Counted from the stretch's first letter, positions 33,428 to 43,029 are shown. The stretch is DNA of 64,000 bases from an uncultured Christensenella sp. (GCA_905193155.1 CAJJNQ010000010.1:378-64377); one strand, 5' to 3'. Program-made: numbers and translations. The notes: generated from the letters alone by a model not told the origin.

Positions 33428-34474
33428 ATGAAGGATTGCTTGCTGGGGTATTCGCAGCAGGAGCTGATCGAATACTTTGCGCAGCTCGGCGAAAAGCCCT
33501 TCCGCGCCAAACAGGTCTACGGCTGGCTGCAAAAGGGCGCGGATTTCCCGGAAATGCGCAATCTCCCCGCGTCGCTTCAGCAGAAGCTGAGCCAGACGGA
33601 AACCGCCATCGGCGTCAAGATCATCAAAACCCTGCGTTCCGAAAAGGACGGCACGGAAAAATATCTTTTCTCGCTGGCCGACGGCAACGTTGTCGAGGGC
33701 GTGCTGATGCGCTATCATTACGGCAATACCCTGTGTATTTCTTCGCAGGTGGGTTGCCGCATGGGCTGCGCCTTCTGCGCGTCCACGCTGGAAGGCCGTG
33801 TGCGCGACATGACTGCGGGAGAAATGATGGGCGAGGTCGTCGCCGTCAACCGCCTGCACCAGCAGGGCGATCAGCGCGGCGTGACCAATATCGTGATGAT
33901 GGGCAGCGGCGAGCCGATGGACAATTATGACAATGTGCTGCGGTTTTTGCATCTGGTGTCCGCGCCGGAGGGCATTTGCATCAGCCTGCGCAACGTATCG
34001 GTTTCGACCTGCGGCCTGTGCGACCGCATTGATCGGCTGGCGGAGGAAAATCTGCCCATCACGCTGTCGATCTCGCTGCACGCGCCCACGGATGAAGCGC
34101 GCCGCCGCATCATGCCGGTGGCCAATAAATACGGAATCTCCCGCTTGATGGAATCCTGCCGAAATTATGTAAACCATACAGGGCGCAGGATCGTGTTTGA
34201 ATACGCGCTGATTGAGGGCGTGAACACGGCGCTGGAAGATGCGGATCAGCTGGCGGCGCTCACACGCGGGCTGCTTTGTCACGTCAACCTGATTCCGCTC
34301 AACGACGTGCCGGAGCGCAGTCTGCGCGCGCCCGGCCGCAAGGGCATCGATGCCTTCCAGCATCGTCTGGAGGAGTTGGGCGTATCGGTGACGCGCCGGC
34401 GCGAGATGGGGGCGGATATCGAAGGTGCCTGCGGGCAGCTGCGCCGTAAGCACTTGAGCACGGAGGGAAGCTGA
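33428..34474 (+). CDS. rlmN: 23S rRNA/tRNA (adenine-C2)-methyltransferase, radical SAM
   Basis: FRAKQVYGWL and CxxxCxxC (CRMGCAFCAS). RBS AAGGAGG lies 8 nt before ATG 33428. Confidence 0.92.
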   Translation: MKDCLLGYSQQELIEYFAQLGEKPFRAKQVYGWLQKGADFPEMRNLPASLQQKLSQTETAIGVKIIKTLRSEKDGTEKYLFSLADGNVVEGVLMRYHYGNTLCISSQVGCRMGCAFCASTLEGRVRDMTAGEMMGEVVAVNRLHQQGDQRGVTNIVMMGSGEPMDNYDNVLRFLHLVSAPEGICISLRNVSVSTCGLCDRIDRLAEENLPITLSISLHAPTDEARRRIMPVANKYGISRLMESCRNYVNHTGRRIVFEYALIEGVNTALEDADQLAALTRGLLCHVNLIPLNDVPERSLRAPGRKGIDAFQHRLEELGVSVTRRREMGADIEGACGQLRRKHLSTEGS

Positions 34475-34475
34475 C

Positions 34476-35204
34476 ATGAAGGTGGTTGCCAAGACCCATT
34501 GCGGAAAGGTTCGCCCAATCAATGAGGACCGCTATCTCGTGCCGGAAGAGGGCGACAGCATCGTGCTGGTCGCGGATGGCATGGGCGGGCACAAGGCGGG
34601 CGAGGTCGCCAGCGAAACCGCCGCGCAGACCATTCGCGCCTGTGCGGTCAAAATGCACGGCCGCGAAATCTCGATCAAGACCGCGCTCAAATGGGTGCGC
34701 CAGGCCAACCAGATCATCTACCGCATGGCCAATGAAAAGCCGGAATGTATGGGCATGGGCACCACCATGACCTTTTTGTACTTCATGAATAAGCACGCGC
34801 TGCTGGCGCATGTGGGCGACAGCCGCTGCTACCGCATTCGCGACGGGCGCATCATGCAGCTGACCAAGGATCATTCTCTTGTGGCGGAGCTGGTGCGTAT
34901 CGGGGAAATTACGCCCGAACAGGCGCGCAATCATCCTTATCGCAACATCATCACCCGCGCGTTGGGCACGGATGATTATGTCGCGGTGGACGCGCAGGAC
35001 ATTCCCGTGGAGGAAAACGACGTCTATCTGCTGTGCAGCGACGGGCTGAGCAATTATCTGGAGGAAGATGAACTGCTCCACGCAGTGCAGAACCAACCTT
35101 CCGATGCGCTGTGCGACCATCTGGTGCAGATTGCACTCGATCGCGGCGGCCGGGACAATATCACGGTGGTCGCGGCCTATTGCGGTGGGGAGGTGGCGCG
35201 ATGA
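34476..35204 (+). CDS. prpC: PP2C-family Ser/Thr protein phosphatase
   Basis: VADGMGGH, GTTM and CSDGL motifs. It lies upstream of and overlaps the kinase gene (ATGA). Confidence 0.9.
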   Translation: MKVVAKTHCGKVRPINEDRYLVPEEGDSIVLVADGMGGHKAGEVASETAAQTIRACAVKMHGREISIKTALKWVRQANQIIYRMANEKPECMGMGTTMTFLYFMNKHALLAHVGDSRCYRIRDGRIMQLTKDHSLVAELVRIGEITPEQARNHPYRNIITRALGTDDYVAVDAQDIPVEENDVYLLCSDGLSNYLEEDELLHAVQNQPSDALCDHLVQIALDRGGRDNITVVAAYCGGEVAR

Positions 35205-37093
35205 AGGGTACCTGCCTCAAGGGACGTTATCTGCTGGGAGAGGTTATCGGCAAGGGTGGCATGGCCGTCGTCTACAAGGCCTATGATTTCCGCACCGGCC
35301 GAACGGTCGCCGTCAAGGTGCTGCGCGATCAATACAGCCAGGACGCGGAGTTTGTGCGCCGCTTTCAGCAGGAGGCCGAAGCCGCTTCTGCCATTACGCA
35401 CGAAAACCTGATCGATATCTACGATGTGGGCGAGCAGAATGGCACACGCTTTATCGTGATGGAATATGTGGACGGCATGACGCTCAAGTCCCTCATCAAG
35501 GAGCATGGCGCGCTGGATAACTATTCGGCCATCACCATCGCGCGGCAGATCTGCACGGCGCTTCAGGTGGCGCACGATGCACACATCATTCACCGCGACA
35601 TTAAGCCCCAGAACATATTGCTCGACCGCAAAGGCATCGCCGTGCTGGCGGATTTCGGCATCGCAAAGACCAGCGATACCCAGACCATCACCGGCGACGG
35701 GGAGAGCGGCGTGCTCGGTTCCGTGCATTATTTTTCGCCGGAACAGGCGCGCGGCGAGGGCGCTAACGCCTGCTCGGATTTGTATTCACTGGGCGTGGTG
35801 CTCTATGAAATGGTCACGGCGGAGCTGCCCTTTCAGGGAGATACTGCCGTCGCCATCGCGCTGCACCACATGAATACCGAGCCGACGCCGCCTATCGAGC
35901 GCAATCCCCGCGTCACGCCGGCCCTGAACGAAATCATCCTCAAGGCCATCCGCAAAAAGCCGGAGGACCGCTATCAGTCCGCGCGGGAGTTTTATGACGA
36001 TCTTTCGCTGGCGCTGGTTTATCCTGAAGGCGGCTTTATCCGCGATGCTAAGAAGAAGGATGCAGAGGGCAAGGACGGGACAGAGCAGCCAAAGAAGGAA
36101 AACGATCGTTCCGGCAAGAAAAAAGCCAAGCTCCTCAATGCGAAAAAGCATATCCGCTCGCTCAAATGGGCGCTGATGGGGCTTTGCACGGCGATGATTC
36201 TGTTGCTGTGCGCAACAGCGTTTGTGCTGACGGGCGGCACGCGCCGCCTGAGTGTGCCGGAAGTGGTCAATACCAATCTCGACGCGGCGACAGCGCGGTT
36301 GGAAAGCATGGGCCTTTCGATGGAAGTCGCGGAAAAGGTCTATGACGACAACACGCTGCCCGGCACCATTGTGGAACAAAAACCGCAGCAGGGCACGCAG
36401 GTCAAAAACGGAGAAACCGTTTCCGTCGTGGTGTGCCTGGGGCCGGAAAGCGCCGCCGTTCCCGATCTGGACGGCATGACGCAGGAGGAAGCCGCCAACG
36501 CGCTTGCACCGCTGGGGCTACACGTCGGCGTGGTGACGCACCGTCAGGACAGCGACGCCCCGCGCGGCACCGTCATCGAGCAGTATCCGGAACAGGGCGA
36601 GGTGCTCGAAAACGGCGGCGCGGTCAATTTGACCCTCAGCGACCAACCGTTAATGCGCGATGTCCCCAATGTATTGGGCAAAACGCTGGAGGAGACCCGG
36701 CAGCGGCTGAAGGAATACGATTTGCAGCTGGGCGATGTGCATTATGAATATGCGACCGGTTATGACGTGGGTGAGGTGTTCCGCCAATCGCCGGAGAGCG
36801 GTACACAGCTTCGCCAGGGGGATTCGGTCAACGTCTGGGTGGTGGAGAGCATCGAAATGGCCACTTGCGAATATCAGCTGACCGTCAACGTCAAAAAAGA
36901 CGATTCTCAGGTGAGCATTTTCGTAGAAGAGGGTTCGCTTTATAAAGAGATATTCAACTGGAATTGCGACCGCGGCACGCTCGATATCCAGGTCACATTG
37001 GAAAACGAAACCGCGGGCGATAAAACGCTGATTATCATGGTCAATGATGAAGAGGTCAAGCGGGAGACCGTGACCTTTGTGGGAGGACAGTAA
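35201..37093 (+). CDS. prkC: Ser/Thr protein kinase with TM segment and three PASTA repeats
   Basis: GKGGMAVVYKA, HRDIKPQN and DFG motifs. TM segment LMGLCTAMILLLCATAFVL, then three PASTA-like repeats and a beta-rich tail. Confidence 0.92.
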   Translation: MKGTCLKGRYLLGEVIGKGGMAVVYKAYDFRTGRTVAVKVLRDQYSQDAEFVRRFQQEAEAASAITHENLIDIYDVGEQNGTRFIVMEYVDGMTLKSLIKEHGALDNYSAITIARQICTALQVAHDAHIIHRDIKPQNILLDRKGIAVLADFGIAKTSDTQTITGDGESGVLGSVHYFSPEQARGEGANACSDLYSLGVVLYEMVTAELPFQGDTAVAIALHHMNTEPTPPIERNPRVTPALNEIILKAIRKKPEDRYQSAREFYDDLSLALVYPEGGFIRDAKKKDAEGKDGTEQPKKENDRSGKKKAKLLNAKKHIRSLKWALMGLCTAMILLLCATAFVLTGGTRRLSVPEVVNTNLDAATARLESMGLSMEVAEKVYDDNTLPGTIVEQKPQQGTQVKNGETVSVVVCLGPESAAVPDLDGMTQEEAANALAPLGLHVGVVTHRQDSDAPRGTVIEQYPEQGEVLENGGAVNLTLSDQPLMRDVPNVLGKTLEETRQRLKEYDLQLGDVHYEYATGYDVGEVFRQSPESGTQLRQGDSVNVWVVESIEMATCEYQLTVNVKKDDSQVSIFVEEGSLYKEIFNWNCDRGTLDIQVTLENETAGDKTLIIMVNDEEVKRETVTFVGGQ

Positions 37094-37972
37094 ATGCAGG
37101 GGAGAATTTTGCAGGGCATCGGCAGCTTTTACACCGTTGAAAGCGGTGAGGAGTGCTATGTCTGCAAGGCGCGCGGACGCTTTCGCAAGCAGCGCATCAC
37201 GCCCATGGTCGGCGATTTGGTGGAATTTACGCCTGCGCCCGATGCGGAGAGCGAGGGATCCATCGAAGAAATTCTGCCCCGCAGCAGCGAATTGATCCGC
37301 CCACCGGTGGCCAATATCGACCTGCTGCTGGTGACACTGGCTGCTGCCGCACCCGATCCCGACCTGCTTCTGGCCGACCGCCTGCTGGTGCGTGCACAGA
37401 GAGCGGGCATCGAGGCCTGCATCGTCGTGAACAAGACAGACCTATCCGAAAACATAGTGCAGGAAATTCGCAGTCAGTACGAAAAATCCGGCTATCGCGT
37501 ATTGACGGTCTGCGCGAGGGAGCAGATCGGTTTGGATGAGCTGAAAGCGCTGGCGCGGGGGCGCATTGTCGCCTTTGCCGGGCAGTCCGCCGTCGGAAAA
37601 TCTACGCTGATGAATGCACTCTGTCCGGGGCTTGGGCAGGAAACAGGCGAGGTCAGCCGCATCGAGCGCGGACGGCACACCACGCGCAAGGCGCAGCTCT
37701 TTCCTACGCCGGGCGGCGGCTATCTGGCCGATACGCCGGGATTCAGTCTGCTGGAGCTTGACGCGCAGGATCCCGATACGCTCAAGGATAGTTATCCCGA
37801 ATTTGCGCCCTATGAGGGGCAGTGCCGCTTTCTCGGCTGCCAGCATATCGGCGAGCCCGATTGCGCGGTCAAGCAGGCGGCCAAAGAGGGGCTTCTTTCA
37901 ACAGAACGGCTGGAGCGCTATGCGCTTTTGCATCAGGAAATAAAAGAAAAATGGGGGAGAAGGTATGACTAA
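37094..37972 (+). CDS. rsgA: ribosome small-subunit-dependent GTPase A
   Basis: VNKTDL, GQSAVGKSTL and zinc motif CRFLGCQHIGEPDC. Confidence 0.92.
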   Translation: MQGRILQGIGSFYTVESGEECYVCKARGRFRKQRITPMVGDLVEFTPAPDAESEGSIEEILPRSSELIRPPVANIDLLLVTLAAAAPDPDLLLADRLLVRAQRAGIEACIVVNKTDLSENIVQEIRSQYEKSGYRVLTVCAREQIGLDELKALARGRIVAFAGQSAVGKSTLMNALCPGLGQETGEVSRIERGRHTTRKAQLFPTPGGGYLADTPGFSLLELDAQDPDTLKDSYPEFAPYEGQCRFLGCQHIGEPDCAVKQAAKEGLLSTERLERYALLHQEIKEKWGRRYD

Positions 37973-38618
37973 GATCTCGGTTTCGATGCTTGCTTCGGAC
38001 TATTCCAAATTCGGCGAGGAAGCGCTGCGTATGCAGCGCGCAGGCGTGGATTTTCTGCACATGGACGTCATGGACGGCTGCTTTGTGCCCAACATTTCCT
38101 TCGGCGCAGGGGTCATCAAGGCGGTGCACAAGGTTTGCGACGCGCCGCTGGATGTGCACCTGATGGTGAACGATCCTATTCGTTACGCGCAGGACTTTGT
38201 GGAGGCGGGCGCATCCATCCTGACGGTACACGCGGAGTGCACGCCGCATCTTCAGCGTGCCGTCAAGTTCATTCAGTCTCTCGGCGTCAAGGCCGGTGTG
38301 GCGCTCAATCCCGCAACGCCGCTGGAAGAACTCAAGTGGGTGATGGATGATATCGACATGATCCTGATCATGACGGTTAATCCCGGCTTCGGCGGGCAGA
38401 AGCTCATTCCCGCGACCATCGAAAAGACAGCGCAGGCGGCAGAGATGATTCGCCGCAGCGGACGAGACATCGAGTTGGAAGTGGACGGCGGCGTCGCCCC
38501 GGCGACCTGTGCAGCACTTCGCGAAGCGGGCGCGACGATGTTGGTGGCTGGATCCGCACTCTACGGCGCGCCAGATGCGGCGGAGATGCTGCGCATCCTG
38601 CGCGGAGAAAACAAGTGA
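37965..38618 (+). CDS. rpe: ribulose-phosphate 3-epimerase
   Basis: LHMDVMDGCFVPN, DVHLMV, MTVNPGFGGQ and VDGG motifs. Confidence 0.93.
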   Translation: MTKISVSMLASDYSKFGEEALRMQRAGVDFLHMDVMDGCFVPNISFGAGVIKAVHKVCDAPLDVHLMVNDPIRYAQDFVEAGASILTVHAECTPHLQRAVKFIQSLGVKAGVALNPATPLEELKWVMDDIDMILIMTVNPGFGGQKLIPATIEKTAQAAEMIRRSGRDIELEVDGGVAPATCAALREAGATMLVAGSALYGAPDAAEMLRILRGENK

Positions 38619-39274
38619 ACCGCGCGCTGATGGTTCTGGGCGGTCAAAGGCCGGCCAGAGAACTGCTTTGCCGGTTGGCAGAAGAAACCGACTATGTTCT
38701 GTGCGCCGACCGCGGTCTGGATGCGGCGCTGGAAGCGGGGATTCGTATCGACGGTGCCATTGGAGACTTCGACTCAGCAAAACCGACCTCAGTCGCTGAG
38801 ATGAATCGTCGAGACATTCCGCATATCGTTTATCCGGCTATCAAAGATGATACCGACGGCATGGCCTGCGTGCGGTTTGTGCTCGATAACGATGTAAAAG
38901 AGGTCGTGCTCACCGGCGCATCCGGCGGCAGAATTGACCATTATCTGGCCAATTTTCAGCTGTTGGTATATCTCGAAAAGCACGGCGTGCGCGCCTGCAT
39001 CGAAGAGGAAAACATGACGGCTTGGGCGGTACATGACCGAGAGCAAACCGTGGTCGGTCATATGGATGATCTGCTCTCCGTTCTCCAAATGACGGAGGAG
39101 CTTCAGCTCTCCGAAAGCGGCGTGTTCTACCCGCTGGATCATTACGACGTGGAGTTCGGTTATCCCATCGGTGTAAGCAATGTGATGACGGCGAAGGAAT
39201 CCGTCATCACGGTTCACAAGGGATGGGCGCTGATCATCCACTACAAAAATAAACCGGAGCCGATGCGCGAATAA
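38615..39274 (+). CDS. thiN: thiamine pyrophosphokinase
   Basis: ADRG..GDFDS motif and B1-binding C-terminal half. GTG start overlaps the rpe stop (GTGA); ATG 38630 is the alternative. Confidence 0.85.
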   Translation: MNRALMVLGGQRPARELLCRLAEETDYVLCADRGLDAALEAGIRIDGAIGDFDSAKPTSVAEMNRRDIPHIVYPAIKDDTDGMACVRFVLDNDVKEVVLTGASGGRIDHYLANFQLLVYLEKHGVRACIEEENMTAWAVHDREQTVVGHMDDLLSVLQMTEELQLSESGVFYPLDHYDVEFGYPIGVSNVMTAKESVITVHKGWALIIHYKNKPEPMRE

Positions 39275-39279
39275 AAAAG

Positions 39280-39336
39280 AAGCACCTTTGTCTTCTTTCC
39301 CGCATATCATGGGGAGAGGAGACGGAGGTGCTTTTT
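39280..39336 (+). terminator. unusually long hairpin plus T-run ending the thiN operon; its 3' arm contains the SD of the next small ORF
   Basis: By hand pairing, 39280-39301 pairs continuously with 39312-39333. That gives 22 bp including 4 G-U pairs, with a 10-nt loop. T-run to 39336. Confidence 0.65.
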
Positions 39337-39337
39337 G

Positions 39338-39493
39338 ATGTGCAGGCAGGCGATTGCATGTGTGCTGACGGTGGTGGGGCTGACACTGCTGCTGCTTTGC
39401 TTTTTGCCGACATGGCTGATCTGCGTGCTGGGCCTGCTGATGCTGGGAACGGGGATTGCGCTGCTGATCCTGTGGATCAAAAAGGGCTGCTGA
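39338..39493 (+). CDS. 51-aa hydrophobic two-TM small protein (not in the ORF track, under 60 aa)
   Basis: MCRQAIACVLTVVGLTLLLLCFLPTWLICVLGLLMLGTGIALLILWIKKGC. GC-rich third codon positions. GGAGG lies 9 nt upstream and a terminator follows. Confidence 0.45.
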   Translation: MCRQAIACVLTVVGLTLLLLCFLPTWLICVLGLLMLGTGIALLILWIKKGC

Positions 39494-39500
39494 AAAAGAA

Positions 39501-39536
39501 AAAGCGCGGTTTTCCTTTTTCAGGAAAGCCGCGTTT
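39501..39536. terminator. bidirectional terminator between the small ORF (+) and rpmB (-)
   Basis: AAAGCGCGGTTTTCC pairs with GGAAAGCCGCGTTT. It is flanked by an A-run on one side and T-rich sequence on the other. Confidence 0.7.
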
Positions 39537-39562
39537 CTCTAATGCATATTCCTTTTTGAATA

Positions 39563-39754
39563 TTACACATTGCGCTCGACCTTACCGGAGCGCAGGCAGC
39601 GGGTGCAGACATACATGGTCTTGGGCGCGCCATCCACGATCACGCGAACCTTCTGAGTGTTAGGAGCCCAGCAGCGGCGAACCGCGTTGTTGGCGTGCGA
39701 AACGTGGTTACCGGACATCGTGCCCTTACCGCAAACCTCACAGATCTTTCCCAT
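39563..39754 (-). CDS. rpmB: 50S ribosomal protein L28
   Basis: MGKICEVCGKGTMSGNHVSHANN..RCWAPNTQKVRV. RBS GGAGGTG. The ORF-track start at 39907 is an upstream extension. Confidence 0.93.
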   Translation of the reverse strand: MGKICEVCGKGTMSGNHVSHANNAVRRCWAPNTQKVRVIVDGAPKTMYVCTRCLRSGKVERNV

Positions 39755-39800
39755 TCTCGGAACACCTCCTTCAGGTGGATAGTACGGTTCAAACATTGTT

Positions 39801-39829
39801 ATTTTAGCATGATTCAGCGCGATGCGCAA
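39801..39829 (-). promoter_or_regulatory. sigma-A promoter for rpmB
   Basis: On the minus strand: TTGCGC (39829-39824), 17-nt spacer ending in TGc, TAAAAT (39806-39801). Confidence 0.55.
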
Positions 39830-39881
39830 GACCTTTTCGTAAAATATACAAAAGAAACAAAACTTGGGCTCGTCCTTGTGA

Positions 39882-39910
39882 TTGACGGCAGGGGGGAATT
39901 GTGGCATACT
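39882..39910 (+). promoter_or_regulatory. sigma-A promoter for the cysteine desulfurase-thiI operon
   Basis: TTGACG at 39882-39887, 17-nt spacer ending in TGg, CATACT at 39905-39910. Confidence 0.5.
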
Positions 39911-39976
39911 TAAAGAAGAATTTCGGGAGCAATGCTCCTTTTTTCATGAATTTTCATGAAGAGGGAAGGCCGTAAC

Positions 39977-41116
39977 ATGATCTATCTGGATAACAGCGCC
40001 ACCACCCGTCCTTTCGACGAAGTGATCGATAAGATGAGCGCATGTATGCGCGAGGAATATTTCAATCCCTCTGCCGTTTACGCTCCGGCCATGCTGGCGG
40101 GACGCATCCTGACCGAAACGCGGGAGGCCATTGCTTCTCAACTGGGCGGTCGGGTCAAGGTTGTGTTTACCTCCGGCGGTACGGAGGCGGACAACCTGGC
40201 GCTGCTGGGCACGGCGCACGCCCTGCGCGGAAGAAAAGGGCATTTCATCACCACGAAGGTCGAGCATCCCGCCATATTGGAAACGGCGGCCGAGCTGGAA
40301 CGTCTGGGTCACAGCGTGACTTATATCGGCGTGGACGAAGAGGGCACGGTAGATGTGGACGCGCTGGTTGACGCCGTGCGGGAGGATACCGCGTTGGTCA
40401 GCGTCATGCAGGTCAACAATGAGGTCGGCGCAGTCATGCCCATCGAAGAAATCAGCCGCCGCGTGAAGGAGAAGAACCCGCGCACGCTGATTCATGTGGA
40501 CGGCGTGCAGGGCTTCATGCGTGTCCCGATGCACATGAACCGCATGGGCGTTGATCTGTACAGCCTCTCCGGCCATAAAATTCACGGCCCCAAAGGCATT
40601 GGCGCGCTGGCGATGAGCGACAGAGCGCGTCCCTTGTGCATCGCCTTTGGCGGCGGCCAGGAAAACGGTCTGCGCTCCGGCACGGAAAACGTGCCCGGCA
40701 TTGCGGGACTTGGACAGGCGGTCAGAGCCTTTGCTCGGCTTGACGATCCCGCATCCGATATGATGGAGCTGAAGATGCGCCTTCGCGACGGCATTTTACA
40801 GGCCGTGCCCGACGCAAAGGTCAACGGTCCCACGGGAGGCGCACCGCACATCCTCAACGTCACTTTCCCTGTCAAGGGCGAAGTGCTGCTGCATGCTCTG
40901 GAAGGCGCGGGGATCCTGTGCTCCACGGGTTCCGCGTGTGCCAGCCATAAGAAGTCCGCGTCCCATGTGCTCACCGCGATGGGCGTTCCGGATAAGGAGA
41001 TTGACGGCGCGCTGCGCTTTTCGCTCTGCCCGATGAATACACCGGAGGAAATTGACGAAACCGTTGCGCAGATCCGCAAGAGCGTGGAGATGCTGCGCGC
41101 GTTCAAAAGGAGATAA
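39977..41116 (+). CDS. cysteine desulfurase (class V aminotransferase, NifS/IscS/NifZ-like)
   Basis: MIYLDNSATT, SGHKIHGPKG (PLP Lys) and GSACAS (catalytic Cys). It is paired with thiI. Confidence 0.9.
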   Translation: MIYLDNSATTRPFDEVIDKMSACMREEYFNPSAVYAPAMLAGRILTETREAIASQLGGRVKVVFTSGGTEADNLALLGTAHALRGRKGHFITTKVEHPAILETAAELERLGHSVTYIGVDEEGTVDVDALVDAVREDTALVSVMQVNNEVGAVMPIEEISRRVKEKNPRTLIHVDGVQGFMRVPMHMNRMGVDLYSLSGHKIHGPKGIGALAMSDRARPLCIAFGGGQENGLRSGTENVPGIAGLGQAVRAFARLDDPASDMMELKMRLRDGILQAVPDAKVNGPTGGAPHILNVTFPVKGEVLLHALEGAGILCSTGSACASHKKSASHVLTAMGVPDKEIDGALRFSLCPMNTPEEIDETVAQIRKSVEMLRAFKRR

Positions 41117-41119
41117 GTC

Positions 41120-42268
41120 ATGAAAAACGTGTTGCTGGTTCGCATGGGCGAAATTTTTCTCAAGGGCGATAACCGCAATTTCTTTATCAACGCGCTGGTG
41201 CAGCAGATCCGCAAGGCCATCGACGGCACCGGCTGTGAGCTGGAGCTGACCCAGGGACGCATCTATATCCGCAATATTGCTGACATGGAAGATACCATTC
41301 ACCGCGTCACCCGCGTCTTCGGCGTGCATTCCGTCAGCCCCGTCGTCGAGTGCGAAAAGAACATCGACGTCATTGGGGAAAAGGCGGTCGAGCTGATGCA
41401 GCCCTTCTCCGGCACCTTCAAGGTGCAGGCGCGCCGCGCGGACAAGCGCTTCCCGATGGATTCGATGCAGATCAACGAGGAGATCGGCCATCAGGTGCTC
41501 GAGGCCAACGGCAATCTTTCCGTGGATGTGCATAAGCCGCAGCACATTCTCAGCGTGGAAGTGCGCGAAAACGCCTATCTTTATGTGGAAAAGATCCCTG
41601 CTGTCGGCGGTATGCCGGTGGGGACCGGCGGCAAAGCCATGCTGCTGCTCTCCGGTGGTATTGATTCACCTGTTGCAGGATACATGATCGCCAAGCGCGG
41701 CGTGCAGCTTTGCGCAATCCATTACCATTCCTTTCCCTTCACCTCTGAACAGGCCAAGCAGAAGGTCATCGACCTTGCCAAGCAGATCGCGGCATACGCA
41801 GGCCCCATCCGCCTGTACGTTGTGCCGTTTACCGAGCTTCAGCAGGAGCTTTATCAGAAGTGCCCGGATAGCCAGCTCACCATCCTGATGCGCCGCTACA
41901 TGATGCGCATTGCCGATACCGTTGCCAAGCGTGCCAAGTGCTCGGCGTTGATCACCGGCGAATCGCTGGGGCAGGTTGCCAGCCAGACCATGGGCGGCCT
42001 TTGCTGCTCGGACGCGGTGTGCGATATGCCCGTGTTCCGCCCGCTGATCGGCTTTGACAAGACAGAAATCATGGATTATGCGCAAAAGATCGGCACTTAC
42101 GAGACCTCGATTCTGCCGTATGAGGACTGCTGCACGATCTTTACGCCTAAGCATCCGCAGACCCGTCCGCAGGTTGAACAGCTGCTGGAATCCGAAAAAC
42201 TCATCGACGGCGAAGGCTTGATGAAGCGCGCCATCGAGGGCATCGAAGTGCTGAACATCAAACCCTGA
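41120..42268 (+). CDS. thiI: tRNA 4-thiouridine synthase
   Basis: THUMP-like N-terminal half and PP-loop SGGIDSPVA. Confidence 0.92.
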   Translation: MKNVLLVRMGEIFLKGDNRNFFINALVQQIRKAIDGTGCELELTQGRIYIRNIADMEDTIHRVTRVFGVHSVSPVVECEKNIDVIGEKAVELMQPFSGTFKVQARRADKRFPMDSMQINEEIGHQVLEANGNLSVDVHKPQHILSVEVRENAYLYVEKIPAVGGMPVGTGGKAMLLLSGGIDSPVAGYMIAKRGVQLCAIHYHSFPFTSEQAKQKVIDLAKQIAAYAGPIRLYVVPFTELQQELYQKCPDSQLTILMRRYMMRIADTVAKRAKCSALITGESLGQVASQTMGGLCCSDAVCDMPVFRPLIGFDKTEIMDYAQKIGTYETSILPYEDCCTIFTPKHPQTRPQVEQLLESEKLIDGEGLMKRAIEGIEVLNIKP

Positions 42269-42336
42269 TCATCGTAAAACCGTGCCCTTCCGCATAGATT
42301 TTTTGAAAGAGAGATCTTTGCGGGAGGGCGTTTGCG

Positions 42337-42990
42337 TTGAAGAGAAGATGCGCAGCCGCGGCATTGTTGATCCTGTGCGTTTTTCTGACTTGCGGCGCGG
42401 GTTTGGCTCCGGAACGGCTGATCGTCGTGGATGCGGACGTGCAGCGGGTGTATTTCTATCGGGAAGGGGAACTGATTCGCTCCTGGCCGTGCGCCGTGGG
42501 GAAAACCGCAACGCCCTCGCCGCTCGGTGTGTTCCGCATCAACGGGAAGCACGCGAATTGGGGAACGGGCTTTGGCACGCGCTTCCTCAGCATCGACTGC
42601 CCGTGGGGGAAATACGGCATCCACGGCACCAACCGACCCGGTTCCATCGGCTGGAACGCCTCCCACGGCTGCATTCGGATGCTCAACCGCGATATAGAGG
42701 AACTGTATCCGCTGGTACAGATCGGGACAAAGGTGATCATCGAACGATCGTCCTTCGGAAATCTTGCGGACGGTTTGCGTGTTCTGCGCCCCGGCGACCG
42801 CGGCAGCGACGTTTATGAATTGCAGCTGCGGCTGCGCAATGCCGGGTGCTATTGGGGATTCCCGGACGGCGTGTTTGGAGAAGCGACGCGCCGGGCGCTG
42901 CTGTGCTTTCGGAAGGAATGCAGCCTGCCGGAGGGCGACACGGCGGATTGGGCAGTCTATGCGGCGCTGGGCATGGAGCTGTTTGAATAA
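42337..42990 (+). CDS. L,D-transpeptidase (YkuD domain) with C-terminal PG_binding_1 domain
   Basis: Signal-like N-terminus; HGT..SHGCIRM catalytic motif; then GDRGSDVYELQLRLRNAG..DGVFG. TTG start lies 8 nt after GGGAGGG. Confidence 0.85.
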   Translation: MKRRCAAAALLILCVFLTCGAGLAPERLIVVDADVQRVYFYREGELIRSWPCAVGKTATPSPLGVFRINGKHANWGTGFGTRFLSIDCPWGKYGIHGTNRPGSIGWNASHGCIRMLNRDIEELYPLVQIGTKVIIERSSFGNLADGLRVLRPGDRGSDVYELQLRLRNAGCYWGFPDGVFGEATRRALLCFRKECSLPEGDTADWAVYAALGMELFE

Positions 42991-43029
42991 CTTTTACCCG
43001 GAAAACGCACGTTAAATTTGCGTTGTGCC

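Noticed and set aside
39275-39562. A search for a SpoVM-like 26-aa amphipathic peptide gene between thiN and rpmB.
   Set aside because: No frame on either strand encodes a short MK..-type amphipathic peptide with an SD. Only the 51-aa hydrophobic ORF is present.
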